Shown: positions 27,412-41,182 of the stretch, one piece after another
Layout: each line of letters starts with the position of its first letter
Numbering within the stretch: position 1 is the stretch's first letter
From: Octopus vulgaris
Taxonomy: Eukaryota
DNA: 64,000 nt
Reading direction: 5' to 3'
Assembly (NCBI GenBank): GCA_951406725.2
Contig: OX597840.1
Span: forward strand, 4,836,001 to 4,900,000
Notes under the pieces: generated by a model
Told to the model about the DNA's origin: nothing
Databases searched by the model: none
Seen by the model: only the letters and a program-made list of their open reading frames with translations
Program-made: the position numbers and the translations under genes

Positions 27412-27957
27412 GAGTGAGAGAGCAGTGCATGCCATCAAAGTGACACTGGGATAAAATATACGAAGCCCAGTATACCTATCATGACTACCCGTCTGATAAG
27501 GGTACACCAGGCACATGCATCACAACCATATTTGCGCGACATGGTGATCTCGTATCAAGATAAACAGCACATGATCTGGCAGGTGGGGGCCCAGTCAGAA
27601 TTTTCTTCCCATCCCGCAGAAAAGGTCCCCGAATAAGGATTGTTTAAGAATATTGAAAGAACCACCCATGTTTCCAAACGTAATTATCCAAACCTCTAAG
27701 AATTCCTTTCAACACACGGCTATGATGCTCCCCCACTACTTCTGCTGATGATAAGAGATGCACATATCGTCAGCCACTAAGGGACATAATCAACTGATTA
27801 CGGTCAAACAACTGACAAGCAAATCTGTGGTATTGAGCGGAATACTTGTTGTATTTGCCCATCTTTTATACCAAGACAAAACAATGTACATGATAACACT
27901 TCCAAACAGTTAAGATCAGAAGCCATGAGACCCACTGCCTGGTATTGCATGAGGGTA
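27412..27957 (-). mobile_element. Full-length element E copy
   Basis: Diverged reverse complement of 19125-19663 with the same termini; ATT flanks. Confidence 0.8.
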
Positions 27958-27976
27958 TTTATTATTATTATTATTA

Positions 27977-28226
27977 TGTTTGACTTTTGCTTTATGTTTG
28001 TACAAGTTGGCTCCAAGTCTCAGCCAGAGACCTGAAGAGACAACAGGTTGGAAGTTCATGTTGTTGTTATGCCTAGTGTGCTATATATTTGTTTTTTTTT
28101 TGGTGTTGTACTAGTGAATGTCCTCCCCCCCCAAAAAAAAACGAAAATTATATTTGTTTTAAACCCTGAGATTACATAGAAAGTATTTTGCGTAGGATGA
28201 GGGTCACTGCCTAGCATTGCATCAGG

Positions 28227-28228
<2 letters not shown>
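27977..28228 (-). mobile_element. Chimeric or internally deleted Dong derivative: ~30 bp of the element-E 5' end fused to the family C 3' end
   Basis: On the - strand, accctgatgcaatgctaggcagtgaccctc is followed by atcctacgcaaaatactttctatgtaa (ILRKILSM*) and the family C UTR. AAT flanks. Confidence 0.75.
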
Positions 28229-28273
<45 letters not shown>

Positions 28274-28597
28274 GAGTGAGAGAGCAGTTCATGCCATCAA
28301 AGTGACACTGGGGTAAAATATACGAAGCCCAATATACCCATCATGACTACCCGTCTGATAAAGGTACACCAGGCACATGCATCACAACCATATGTGCGCG
28401 ACATGGTGATCTCATATCAAGATAAACAGCACATGACCTTGCAGGTGGGGCCCAGTTAGAATTTTCTTTAGGTTGAGTAGCCCATCCCGCTCAAACGGTC
28501 CCTGAATAACGGTTGTTTAAGGATGTTGAAAAAACCACCCATGTTTCCAGAGGTGAATTATTCAAACCCCAAAGAATTCCTCTCAACACATGGCTAT
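28274..28597 (-). mobile_element. 5'-truncated element E copy
   Basis: Shares the 3' end (gagtgagagagcag on +); embedded in (ATT)n. Confidence 0.78.
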
Positions 28598-28598
28598 A

Positions 28599-28681
<83 letters not shown>

Positions 28682-28692
28682 CATCATCATCA

Positions 28693-28751
<59 letters not shown>

Positions 28752-28755
28752 ATCA

Positions 28756-28819
<64 letters not shown>

Positions 28820-28827
28820 CATTTTTA

Positions 28828-28922
<95 letters not shown>

Positions 28923-28942
28923 ATCATCATTATTATTATTAC

Positions 28943-28999
<57 letters not shown>

Positions 29000-29508
29000 A
29001 CTAGTTAACTAATTAACCAATTAACTAATCGACTGTTTACATAATCGATTGATGAATGATTCAATGAGCCTTTCACACCCTCATCAACAACGTGAGAGAA
29101 ATATCTACACACACATACACACACTCAGACACACGCACGCACACACAGAGGTATACACATACATACGTATATGATGGAATCGGAGTGGTCATAAAAACAA
29201 TTGTAACGCTTATTAGTGCTATATACATTCTTCGTCTTGTATGCGTGTATATGTATATACACACATGCATACGTATATACATATATGCAAACATACGTAC
29301 ATATATACATACATATATATATAAATTAATAAATAATTATATATATATATATATATATTTATATATACATACGTACATGCGTATGAACGTACATACATAT
29401 ATACATACATATATGCACACACAAACATACATATATATCAATACATATATATGTATGCATAATTAAAATTTATCTAATATAGTGGCGTTTTCAAACTTCT
29501 TTTTTACA

Positions 29509-29542
<34 letters not shown>

Positions 29543-29599
29543 AACGTACGTATGTTTGTGTATATGTATGCATGTGTGTGTTTGTGTGTATATATGTAT

Positions 29600-29820
29600 A
29601 TGTACGTATATCTATGTATGTTTGTATGTACGTATAAATAAATATATATAGATATATTCATACATATACATACACACATGCATATATACATACATACGTA
29701 CGTACATACATACACACACATATATATACATATACATACATACGTACGTACGTACAAACATACATAAATATATACATGCATACGTACACATAAACATAAT
29801 CTACTCCATTCCGTAACTCT

Positions 29821-29881
<61 letters not shown>

Positions 29882-30408
29882 GTACATACATATATACATA
29901 CAAATGCACATACATATATAGATAGATATATACACCACACACACATATGTATACATACGTACATATATACATGCATACATATATATACATACATACATAC
30001 ATATATACATACATACGTATATATGTACGTACATACATACATACATGCATACATACACGCACACACACATACATACATACATATATACATACGTATATAT
30101 GTACATACATACATACATACACACACATACATACGTACATAAATACATACATACATACGTACATACATACATACATACACACATACATACATACATACAT
30201 ATATACATACATACGTATATATGAACGTACATACATACATGCATACATACACACACATACATACGTACATACATACATACATATATACATACATACATAC
30301 ATACATACATACATACATACATACATACATACATACATACATACATACATGCATGCATGCATACATATATAAATACATACGTAGATATGTACGTACGTAC
30401 ATACATGC
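29600..30408. repeat. (TACA)n/(TA)n compound microsatellite
   Basis: Direct reading. Similar tracts at 39278-39700, 54038-54365 and 61207-61680. Confidence 0.95.
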
Positions 30409-31362
30409 ATGTTAGCTCCAGCTATTAGCTACTTCAGAAAAACCAATGTTGACAGCTTTCTCTCCATATATGCTTTAACTTCATCGTTTTATGTCGCTTG
30501 TAGCTTTTCGCCCTTCTTAGTCGTTCTTTTTCTCCTCTTGTTTCAATTTTATCGTCTATGTTTATACCAATTTTTGTTAGTTATCAGTAAAACAAATATC
30601 GCGTTTGATCGATACACTATCAGTCATCTACTTCCGTTTTTTATTTTTTATTACTCAGCAATTTAATGAAAATATGATAAAACTCGTATTGCTCGCCTCT
30701 CTGAATTTGTCTGTCCTTCAAAATACCCAAGTTTTCTCTTTACATTAATTCTCATTGGTCTCGACTTATTTTAAGTGAAAGCATGAAATATATTTTCTGC
30801 TCTTGTATTTTATATCTATATTGTAGTATGACTGGTAATGAGAAATTTTAAATAAATCGCTGTAGTGTAAACGGACAGGAATTAGAAGGGAAACATAATA
30901 GGGATTGAAGCCATAGATATTTCAAATACTCTACTCTTATACTGTGTTATGTTTTGACAGCGAATATTGTCGGTGTAAATGCGAAACCCTCATTTTAAGA
31001 AAAAAGGGAAAGAAATTTGTGCGATTTCTCTCAGTAGGTAGTTAAGTATTAATCTTCCCAGTTAGTATTTATCAGCAGATGTTTATCGAAGTGGTGGCAT
31101 TTGTTGAAGATCTCGTGGAAAGCCGTTGCTTCCCCCATTAAACTTCAATCTCATTACCTTGCGTGCAACACCGCAGCCCTTGGTAAAGTAGGTTTTACAT
31201 TACGGAACTTCACGATAATAGATTCTTTCCAAATCGCAGTGTTTCCGTAACGCGAACACCAATACCAATATTATTGCTGTCTTTCCCTTTTTAATGCTTT
31301 CATTGTCTTGAGTTATTTGCTTGTGTTGTGTCGTTGTTGCCATTGTTATTGTCATTATTGAA

Positions 31363-33575
31363 CCCTTTTAAAACGGTTGACGTAAATTTACGCACGCACT
31401 GTACATGCTTTAAATCGGTCGACGTAATTATACGCCTGCTGACTTAGAACCTGTCGCCTGAAATAGTACCGGTCCACCTGCCAATTGATAGGCTGATTAG
31501 ATGTTTCATGGAAATATCTACAACTCGATAAGGTGGTCCTACCATTCCGGCTCCGTCAATTCCATCGTCGCGCCAAGCTCCAATAAACTCCACCACTTCA
31601 CCAGTTGTTTCTTCTGATTCGGATGATGACTCGGAGAGTGTGTATTTTCCTAATTCAGAATCAGATGATTCCGATAGCGATGATGATATTCCGGTGAATC
31701 AAAAGTCCAAGCGGGCAGCAGCGAATGGCCCTGGACAACGGAATGTCGTGTGGCGAGCGAGAGACAATTTCGTCCGACGGTAAGGGTTTACTGGTACGCC
31801 TGGCACAAAGGCAAACCTTGAAAATGGAAGTTCGCCATTGGAAATCTTCCATGAGTTTTTGACGGATGAAATGTTCCAATAAATAGCGGACGAAACGAAT
31901 GACTATGCTGAAAACCATCCGCAGCATGTCAGACCCGGGCATGGCGGTGATTAGGTTCCAACCACGGGGAAGAAAATCAAATTTCTGCTTGCCCTGCTGA
32001 TAGAGACCGACCATAGCGTCATATTGGAATCGGGATCCAGCCACGTTGACACCTTTCTTTCCGGAAACGAAGCCACGTGATCGATTTTTGGCGCTTCTTC
32101 GAAATCTAGATTTCTCCTCAGGCGAGAACCAGGATAACAGGCCACACAAAATACGTCCTGTCGTTGACGAAGTGGCTGAAAATTTCAGAACGGCGTATGT
32201 CTCCACACAGGATATTTATACGGACGAGTGTTTGTGGAAATTCAAGGGAAGACTCCGACTGAAATAATACTACCCGACCAAATGTGCCCGCTTTGGAGCC
32301 AAGGTTTATAAAGTATGTCAGTCAACTGGCAAAGCCTTGGGTACATGTGGAATTACAAAATGTACACTGGTCAGAACAGATTGGATCTTCCAGCGTCTAC
32401 TCTAGCGTCAACCGATGTCGTGTTGTCGCTGAATGAAATCTTGTTTGACAAAGGCTACAATATTTATATGGACAACTAGTTTTCCCAGTACAGACCTCTT
32501 CCTGCGGCTGCAGCCGAGAAGGACTAAGGCCTGTGGGACTGTGAGGACGCACAGTTAAAACATGCCACCCGACTTTCACAAGATAAAACTTCGAAAGGGG
32601 TGGGGAAACGTACCGATACACGGATAGTGGAATTCTCGCTCTAGCGTGGCATGACAAGAAAGATGTGTGCATGTCATCCACAATGCATTCTGCAAGCATG
32701 AAGGACATTTTTGTTACTCAGCAATTTAATGAAAATATGATAAAACTTGTATTACTCGCCTCTCTGAATTTGTCTGTCCTTCAAAATACCCAAGTTTTCT
32801 CTTTACATTAATTCCCATTGGTTTCGACTTATTTTAAGTGAAAGCATGAAATATATTTTCTGTTCTTGTAAGAAATAGGATGTAAGCGGTAATACCATAA
32901 TGAAACCGAGTGTAGTTGCTTCATACAATGAAGGGATAGGCGGGGTCGATCGTTCAAATCGGCTGGGATCGACACACAAATCGGTGAGAAAATTTGTGAA
33001 ATGGTACAAAGAAATGTTCTTGTATATAGTTGACATGTGTGTCGTGAACATTCACTTAATTTGGCAGATGCTTGGTGATGCTGAAAATGGATTAAGATTC
33101 AGGAATCTATTGTTCCGTGAAATGATAGAAGCATCAAACCTGCCAAAGTACCGAACACGAGGACGTCCCCACGCCGGACTCTCTCCTCACTGCATGGAGA
33201 AGAGACTTGGACATTTTCCATGACTACTTCTTCCCCACTGCCAAGAAGAGAAATGCTTTAAAGAGATGCACAATATGTAAGGCAAAAGAGAATCTTAAGG
33301 AAACTAAATACCTTCGTTCACAACGTGATATACCACTGTCCGTGGTACCCTGTTTTGAACTCGCTATTTTTTCTTTCTATTTTCCCATAATTCCATACCA
33401 TTCCACACTGATGAAATTTCAATTATTTCAATACTTCTATCTAATTATAGTTTTACTTACTACCTGAGAAAAGCATCATGTTGCGGAAAATATAATTTCT
33501 CATTACGTAGTTATTATTAATGCATTTCTTTTGGAGAGTCAAATATAATTCTATGCACGTAAATGTATGTACGTT
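31363..33575 (+). mobile_element. Degenerate piggyBac (PGBD4-like) transposon
   Basis: 5' TGAA|CCCTTT end; acidic N-terminus; RDRF..KIRP..DECLWKFKGR; GYNIYMDN*F; CGTVR; WHDKKDV; YNEGIGGVD..KWYK; decayed Cys-rich C-terminus. Many stops and frameshifts; 3' end approximate. Confidence 0.88.
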
Positions 33576-33651
33576 TCTCTGTTTTATATATATATATATA
33601 TATATGCATATATGTATATATACATATATATATATATACATATATTTATAC

Positions 33652-33682
<31 letters not shown>

Positions 33683-33738
33683 CATATATATATATACATA
33701 TATATATACATATGTATATATATATATATACATACATA

Positions 33739-33774
<36 letters not shown>

Positions 33775-33781
33775 TATATAC

Positions 33782-33918
<137 letters not shown>

Positions 33919-33934
33919 TGATGATGATAATAAT

Positions 33935-34630
33935 ATTAGGGAATATGATTCCAAACTTACAGGGTAAAATTCAATTTAGTAATACTAAATCAAATTTCAC
34001 AATATGTAATATATGTAAATAAATCAGAGAAGGACCATGTAGCAATTCAACAATGATATACTTAAATCATACCATACAGAGAAAAATTAAAGATAATATA
34101 AAACATTTACCTAGAACTAAATTAAGAACGAAATAATAAATAAATAGTATATAATTAGTGAATAGACAACACGTGTTTCGTGGCTATATTTTCAAACTGA
34201 TAATAGTAAAATCAATTTAATTTAAATATAGTCACTCATCAGGTCCAAGATATAAACAATAAAATAATTGAATAAATGTACGTATATCATATAATAAGAA
34301 AGTATAAATATATATATAAATACGTAATTTTTCAATAAAAACTACGTATTCTTTTAGGAATAGAAATCTAATTAATTCTACAGGCCTCAGTAAATATATT
34401 TGGGAACTTAAAACTAAATGTATTAAATATAAATTAACTTGGGCGATAATTTGTAAGGCAAAATCTTATCGCATAGGTAGTAATTCTTGTTTATTGTATA
34501 CTAATCAATTTAAGGAAATATTATTTAATAATTATATATTGGTTAATTTCGCGTAAAATTGCATGTAAACATAAATTACATTACTTATATTATAAGTTTA
34601 GCTAATTTTTCCGTATATATAAAACCCTAT
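33935..34630 (+). mobile_element. Penelope-like element remnant: GIY-YIG C-terminus with an inverted upstream pseudo-LTR
   Basis: 34347-34556 reads YSFRNRNLINSTGLSKYIWELK..LTWAIICKAKSY..SCLL; hammerhead motif on the - strand at 34163-34247. Confidence 0.7.
34163..34247 (-). ncRNA. Type I minimal hammerhead ribozyme motif
   Basis: Minus strand: ggac-CTGATGA-gtgactatatt..aatatagccac-GAAA-cacgtg-TT-gtct. Confidence 0.8.
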
Positions 34631-34752
34631 TTTATGTTACTAATTTATTGTAGATATAATTTATAGTAGTATTAGTGTCTTCTACTATAGCCTCGGACCT
34701 ACCAAAGCCTTTTGAGTGGATTTGGTAGACGGAAACTGAAAGAAGCCCGTCG

Positions 34753-34851
<99 letters not shown>

Positions 34852-35145
34852 TTGTGTGTCTGTGTTTGTCCCCCCAAACATCGCTTGACAACCGATGCTG
34901 GTGTGTTTACGTCCCCGTAACTTAGCGGTTACCGACAGAATAAGTACTAGAAAGAACAATATAGACTCCTATGTATTGAGCAGTGTCCATTGTTTTGTAT
35001 GTATGTATAAGATGCTGGTACAAATTTAAAAACAGATCGTAATAATTATCATAATAAAATCATCATAATTTAGCATAAATTAACATTAAAGCCTAACGAA
35101 CATTCAATTTCATTTCTATATTTGTATTCTTTGTGTTATTCTCAG

Positions 35146-35216
35146 GGTGCAATATCGGCTGCTCTCTGCCTGACATCCGTAAATGATGGTGTGATACCCA
35201 TTAACAAGAATCTTTG
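35146..35216 (+). CDS. HGSNAT: HGSNAT coding exon: GAISAALCLTSVNDGVIPINKNL(W)
   Basis: ctcAG acceptor, GTaagt donor; 71 bp, phase 0/2. Conserved IPINKNLW motif. Confidence 0.95.
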
Positions 35217-35591
35217 GTAAGTACCAGAGTGTGTTTCGTTTGATCTTTTTTCTTTTTTCAGTTTATTAAACCAGATTACAATGGCCCCTAGCGCCATTGC
35301 TGTGTATCTTCCTATGAATTCTGTTGCTTTGAGCAGATGAACTACAGGAAGCCGTCACTCGCGAGCGAGTATGGATTGATAATATGTATTATGCTTATCG
35401 CTAGTTGTTTTAGGTGTTCATGTAATCATAAACAGACTAAGACATTCTCTGCCCATCCAGCAATGGTCGGCTTCTTCTTAAATTACATGGATAGCAAGTT
35501 CTTTCTGTCTGTTTTTTTAAAGTCCAACGCTGCATATCCTCGCATTGGCCTGTAAGAGAAGAAACAGTACACCACTCCCAGTTTCAGTCAG

Positions 35592-35663
<72 letters not shown>

Positions 35664-35961
35664 GCACACAGACACACACAAATACACACACGCACACACA
35701 AATACGCACACAGGTACACACACACAGGTACACATTCATAGCCATATTCACACAAACGTACACACACTCACACACATATACACATACAGATACAGATACA
35801 AACACACACACACACACATAATTCATTCACAGACACATTCACGTATACATACACACATTGACACTAAAATACTCACACACATTCACACACAAATACCCTC
35901 TGTGTGTCTGCATCTGTGTGTTGTGTATCTGTGTGTCTGCATCTGTTCGAAATTTCCCCAT

Positions 35962-36007
35962 GACACCTGAAGAAAGCTGGAAGGTATATCAGCCGAAACG
36001 TTATGTT
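35962..36007 (+). ncRNA. Type I minimal hammerhead ribozyme motif (5' repeat, stem mismatches)
   Basis: gacac-CTGAAGA-a-agctg..cagcc-GAAA-cg-TT-atgtt. Confidence 0.65.
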
Positions 36008-36442
36008 AACAACAAACAAGACGAGGACAAATATCCGTCAAATGTAAGTAGTGTAGTCCTAGACTATATTACAGTTCTAAATCGGGCAAAGCTGATCATG
36101 TAGGGAAAAATGGAGACCACCTCCACCTGTAGGATGAAGTTAAAATAATAGACAGAGAACACCACTGGAAAATATGAAAACTAAAAGAAGCAGCACATAT
36201 GCTAGGACACAACAAATTCCTAAGCAGACCGAGTGCAGATATGAGCTGCATATGGGAACCGGTATTAAGGAAGGATAGGAAAATATTAGATTTATAAGCC
36301 CTAATATTCACTCCATAATTGCCCACGGGCATATGGTGTAGTGGTTAAGAGCGCGGGCTACTAACCCCAAGATTCTGAGTTCGATTAATAATAATGATAA
36401 TAATAATGATAATGATAATAATAATGATGATAATAATAATAA

Positions 36443-36508
36443 TGCCCTAGGAGTCGGGAAGACACTCGGCAAGAAATGGAAGCAGATTTGAAAGAAGAAA
36501 AACCCATG
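36443..36508 (+). mobile_element. 3'-terminal ~65-bp fragment of Dong family A in (AAT)n
   Basis: tgccctaggagtcgggaagacactcggcaagaaatggaagca.atttgaaagaagaa is nearly identical to 15512-15570; AAT repeats on both sides. Confidence 0.85.
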
Positions 36509-36587
36509 AATAATAATGATAATAATAATAATGATAATAATAATAATAACAACATCGAAAAATACCATAGGTTCGAAATTTCCCCAT

Positions 36588-36633
36588 GACACCTGAAGAA
36601 GGCTTGAGGGTATATCAGCCGAAACGTTGTGTT
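36588..36633 (+). ncRNA. Type I minimal hammerhead ribozyme motif (3' repeat)
   Basis: gacac-CTGAAGA-a-ggct..agcc-GAAA-cg-TT-gtgtt. Confidence 0.75.
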
Positions 36634-37678
36634 AACAACATACAAAATGAGGACAAATATCCATCAAATGTAAATAGTGTAGTCCTATATATATTATTAC
36701 AAATAAAAACTTAGCGATGACCATGGCTAGGATTTCTTTGGTCTTGCTGGCTTGAGTTAAAAAAATAGCAACAAGAAGATTGATGACTATGAGCGGATGA
36801 CAGAGCCTTTAGGTGGTCAACCAACTAGCTAGAAATGGCAACGAAATCGATGTCAAATAATATCTTACTGTCTGAAATAAGGGAAGATGGACACATTGGA
36901 TAATGTAGCCTTAGTTTACGCTATGATTAATTAAAAAGTAGTCGATGGCCACGTCTTTGGTCACAACAACAATAATAACACCAGTGACAGCAATATTAAT
37001 AAAAACAACAATCGGATCTGCTATGTAATATTCAGGTGTGTCATCGCTAAACAGAAATTCTGGAAGCCATATTAAAAGATATAAAGCAAGTTTCAACGCA
37101 CTTTTGAACGCAGCCATGAATGTCAGCCAACGTTCACATAAACACACACACACACACACAAACACACACGCACACACACACACACACACATCACACACAC
37201 ACACACACAACCACACATAAATATTCGCACACACGCTCACACATACAGACACACATGCATACATTCACGCTCACAGACACATACGCAAACACACACATTC
37301 ACATGCAGAAAAACACACGCATTAATTCATACACACACACATTCAGAAGCACGTTCACATAAACGTACACACATTCACAGACACAGACACGCATACAAAT
37401 ACACATATAATAAACATACACAAACATACACATATTCATGTAAGAATACTTTTACACAAACAAAGACACACATACACACACACAGACGCACATACACACA
37501 CAATCACACACATGCTCACACAAACACGCAAATAACACATATACATAAACACAGATACACACACAAACATACGCACACACATTCACTAGCACATTCACTC
37601 AAACGTACATATTCACACACACACAGACACACATTCAGGGGCATGTTAACACAAACATATTTTGATTCAAACACACAG

Positions 37679-37727
<49 letters not shown>

Positions 37728-38110
37728 CACTCATTCACCGACACATCCAAACATGTATATACACATATTCACGCTAAAATACACATATCTACACCCAAAC
37801 ATTCTCACACGAACACACACACATTCATTCACAGACAATCTCGCAACAGCGTTTAACCAACAAGAAAACCTTCAGGTGTCCACTTTTCAAAGACAATTGA
37901 CTATGATGTCACACATGTCCAGAGGCCGATCTTGAGAAAACTCCATTGAAGGTCATCCTAAGCAACTACCGCCAGACACAATTCCTTTCACACAAAATGT
38001 AATTGTTTGCCGACGTCACTGACAATGGCGTTTTATAAGCGCCATTTTTGTTTATCTGAAGCATCAGAAAGTTTCAACACGACGAAGACACACACACACA
38101 CACACACACT

Positions 38111-38141
<31 letters not shown>

Positions 38142-38172
38142 ACACACACACACACAAACATATATATGTATG

Positions 38173-38284
<112 letters not shown>

Positions 38285-38308
38285 CGTTTGTGTGTTTGTG
38301 TGCGTATG

Positions 38309-38353
<45 letters not shown>

Positions 38354-38522
38354 ATTTATGTATATGTGTATGGTTGTGAGTGTGTTTGTATTTGTGCGCA
38401 CAGGTACGTGTGTTTGTATGTATGCGTGTGTATATTTATATATGTGTTGTATCTACTGAGTATGCACATAAAGAATATGTTGCCATACGCATACACTAAT
38501 ACACATATCGTTTATATGTAAA

Positions 38523-39031
38523 CTAGCAGTATCGCCCGGCGTTGCTCGGGTTTGTAAGGGAAATAACTATATAAGCATTTTTAGAGAGTTACTTCCCTTA
38601 TAAATTCGAGCTTTCTTAGCCATTTTTGTTTTGGTGTCTTCGAGCCATGAAGTCGTTGTTCTAAAAGAACGCTGGTCTCCTTCACAACGCATTACGACGT
38701 TGATTTCTTTACACTCCCTTCCCCACAGCTTCACGAGGGAGGGAAGAAGGGGGAGAAGCAAACAGGTGCAGGTGTGACCATGGACGCCAACTCCGCCGCC
38801 ATCGACATACGATGCATTTTATGCATTAAAATGAAATAAAAAATGATGTTAAATTATTTTTAAAATCGTAGACTCATCGTTGACGCGCGCTAATAGTCAG
38901 ACGGGCTTGATATGAATCACGACTATAAGATACCCGAATTTGGTTAAACTGCACCGCAAAATGTGGGAGGAGTTAGGAATCTAAATCGAAGGGGACAGAC
39001 ACTCACACAACTAGAGTTTTATATATATAGA
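38523..39031 (-). mobile_element. Non-autonomous Helitron, longer copy of the 5809-6113 family
   Basis: Same termini in reverse, with ~200 bp of extra internal sequence. Confidence 0.85.
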
Positions 39032-39669
39032 TATAGATATACCTATACGCACGGACATGCACAGACACACAGACATTGTAAAGCTAGATGTACAATATTT
39101 ACTGCTAAGTTTACTGCAACTCCACATAGAGTATCATCATCCAGGCATGCAAATGTCCACAACGGTGAAAAGTACGTAGGGAAGGACTGGTATTATGAAA
39201 TTGTGGTATTATGAAATTTTGGCGAACCAAAACCTTATGGGTGAATTTAGTACATGGAAACCGAAAGAAACCAGTCATACGTACATACATACATACATAC
39301 ATACATACATACATACATACATACATACATACATACATACATACATACATACATACATACATACATGCATGCATACATACATACATACATACCTGCATAC
39401 ATACATACATACATACATACATTCATGCATACATACATACATACATACATACATTCATACATACATACATACATACATACATACATACATACATACATTC
39501 ATACATACATTCATACATACATACATACCTGCATACATACATACATACATACATACATACATTCATGCATACATACATACATACATACATTCATACATAC
39601 ATACATACATACATACATTCATACATACATACATTCATACATACATACATACATACATACATACATACA

Positions 39670-39700
<31 letters not shown>

Positions 39701-39846
39701 GTATATATTACTAATAGTTCCCCCTACATGCGTACGTTCATCAGGCGTCCATCACCTGTTGGACACCTGATGAACGTACTCATGCACGGTAACCATTAAT
39801 AGCATAAGTACATGTAGTTGAATGCACACACACACACACACACACA

Positions 39847-39914
<68 letters not shown>

Positions 39915-40471
39915 TGTGTGTGTGTGGAGCTTTGACATAAATTGTTGTCTTTGGAGCAAAGTACTGATGAAGTAAAATGCATGATTGCATTATGTTTCTA
40001 CATTGTTATGTAAATATTTAGGCATACTGCGGAAACACGTTTATGTCCTATAGGCCTTGGAATACTGAACCTCTTTTCTGCATATTATGTATGTATGTAT
40101 GTATGTATGTATGTATGTATGTATGTATGTATGTATGTATGTATGTATGTATGCGTGTAGCGTGTATGTATATACCTATGTATGTACGCACGTATGTATA
40201 TATATATATACAAATATATATATATATACAAAGGTAGAGTAGATGAAACCATGGCGACTGAAGAAGGGGTCTTTTCTTTGTGTCAATTGTCCTGTACTCT
40301 AATTTTTTGTTGTTTAAAAAAGTGTCTAGTTCCTTGGGTTTGTGTTTATGTTTTCGTTTCTCATTGTGTTCGACGTTTTTTTTGGTGTCCTGTACTCATA
40401 TATGCGTGTATATATACATGTAGAGGTAGGTACGTACATATATGTTTATATATATGCATATGTTTTATTTA

Positions 40472-40506
<35 letters not shown>

Positions 40507-40608
40507 AAATATATATATATATGTGTGTGTGTGTGTATATATGCATGTATGCGCGTGTATATGTATGTATGTGCTATTTAATTCACTCTCCCTATTACTT
40601 TTTTGCAG

Positions 40609-40721
40609 GTCTCTGTCCTTCATCTTGGTCAACGCTTGTTTCGCTTTCCTTTTGCTCACACTACTCTACATTTTCATCGATATCCTTGGATGGTGGTCCG
40701 GAGCCCCTTTTACATATGCAG
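40609..40721 (+). CDS. HGSNAT: HGSNAT coding exon: SLSFILVNACFAFLLLTLLYIFIDILGWWSGAPFTYA(G)
   Basis: ttttgcAG acceptor, GTcagt donor; 113 bp, phase 2/1. Matches WSLS..D..G.W.G.PF.Y.G of HGSNAT. Confidence 0.95.
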
Positions 40722-40769
40722 GTCAGTAGACAAGCTCGCTTGCATATATGTATGTCTGTATATATATAC

Positions 40770-40835
<66 letters not shown>

Positions 40836-41182
40836 GTATATATATATAGTATTTAATCATATAAAAGGGAAATGGAATTTAATAAAAATTAAAAACATTT
40901 AATCAAAATTTACATTTCCAGTGGTTTACATGGTAAATGTTTTTCATTTCCAAATTTATTCCTGTCGAATTTTTACCCCAATTTTTTGTGGTCATAGAAC
41001 TTAGCTGTTCTTTCTAATGCGTAGAATCCCTATAAGTGGAATCTCTATGTGTTTAAATATACACTATATCGTATATATATATAGTTCAGCAAAAATTTAG
41101 ATTCAAATGAATATGGTACTTAATTTAGATGCACCAGAATTTTGTATGGTGTTATCCATAAAAATCCGTGGGGTGATTATAA

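Larger units (their letters stand above)
35945..36687 (+). mobile_element. Penelope-like remnant bounded by ~117-bp direct repeats (pseudo-LTRs)
   Basis: Direct repeats 35945-36061 / 36571-36687. Internal KSG.ADH..DEVKIIDREHHWK..KLKEAAHM..IWEPVL (GIY-YIG C-terminus). Nested SINE head and Dong fragment. Confidence 0.75.

Noticed and set aside
31661-32206. 181-aa minus-strand ORF as a separate gene
   Set aside because: It is an antisense shadow of the decayed piggyBac transposase on the + strand.
36323-36385. tRNA gene (also the tRNA-like heads at 7030-7102, 52070-52146, 55566-55640 and 57978-58050)
   Set aside because: A and B boxes are present but there is no complete cloverleaf or acceptor stem, and they continue into SINE bodies or are cut by AAT repeats.
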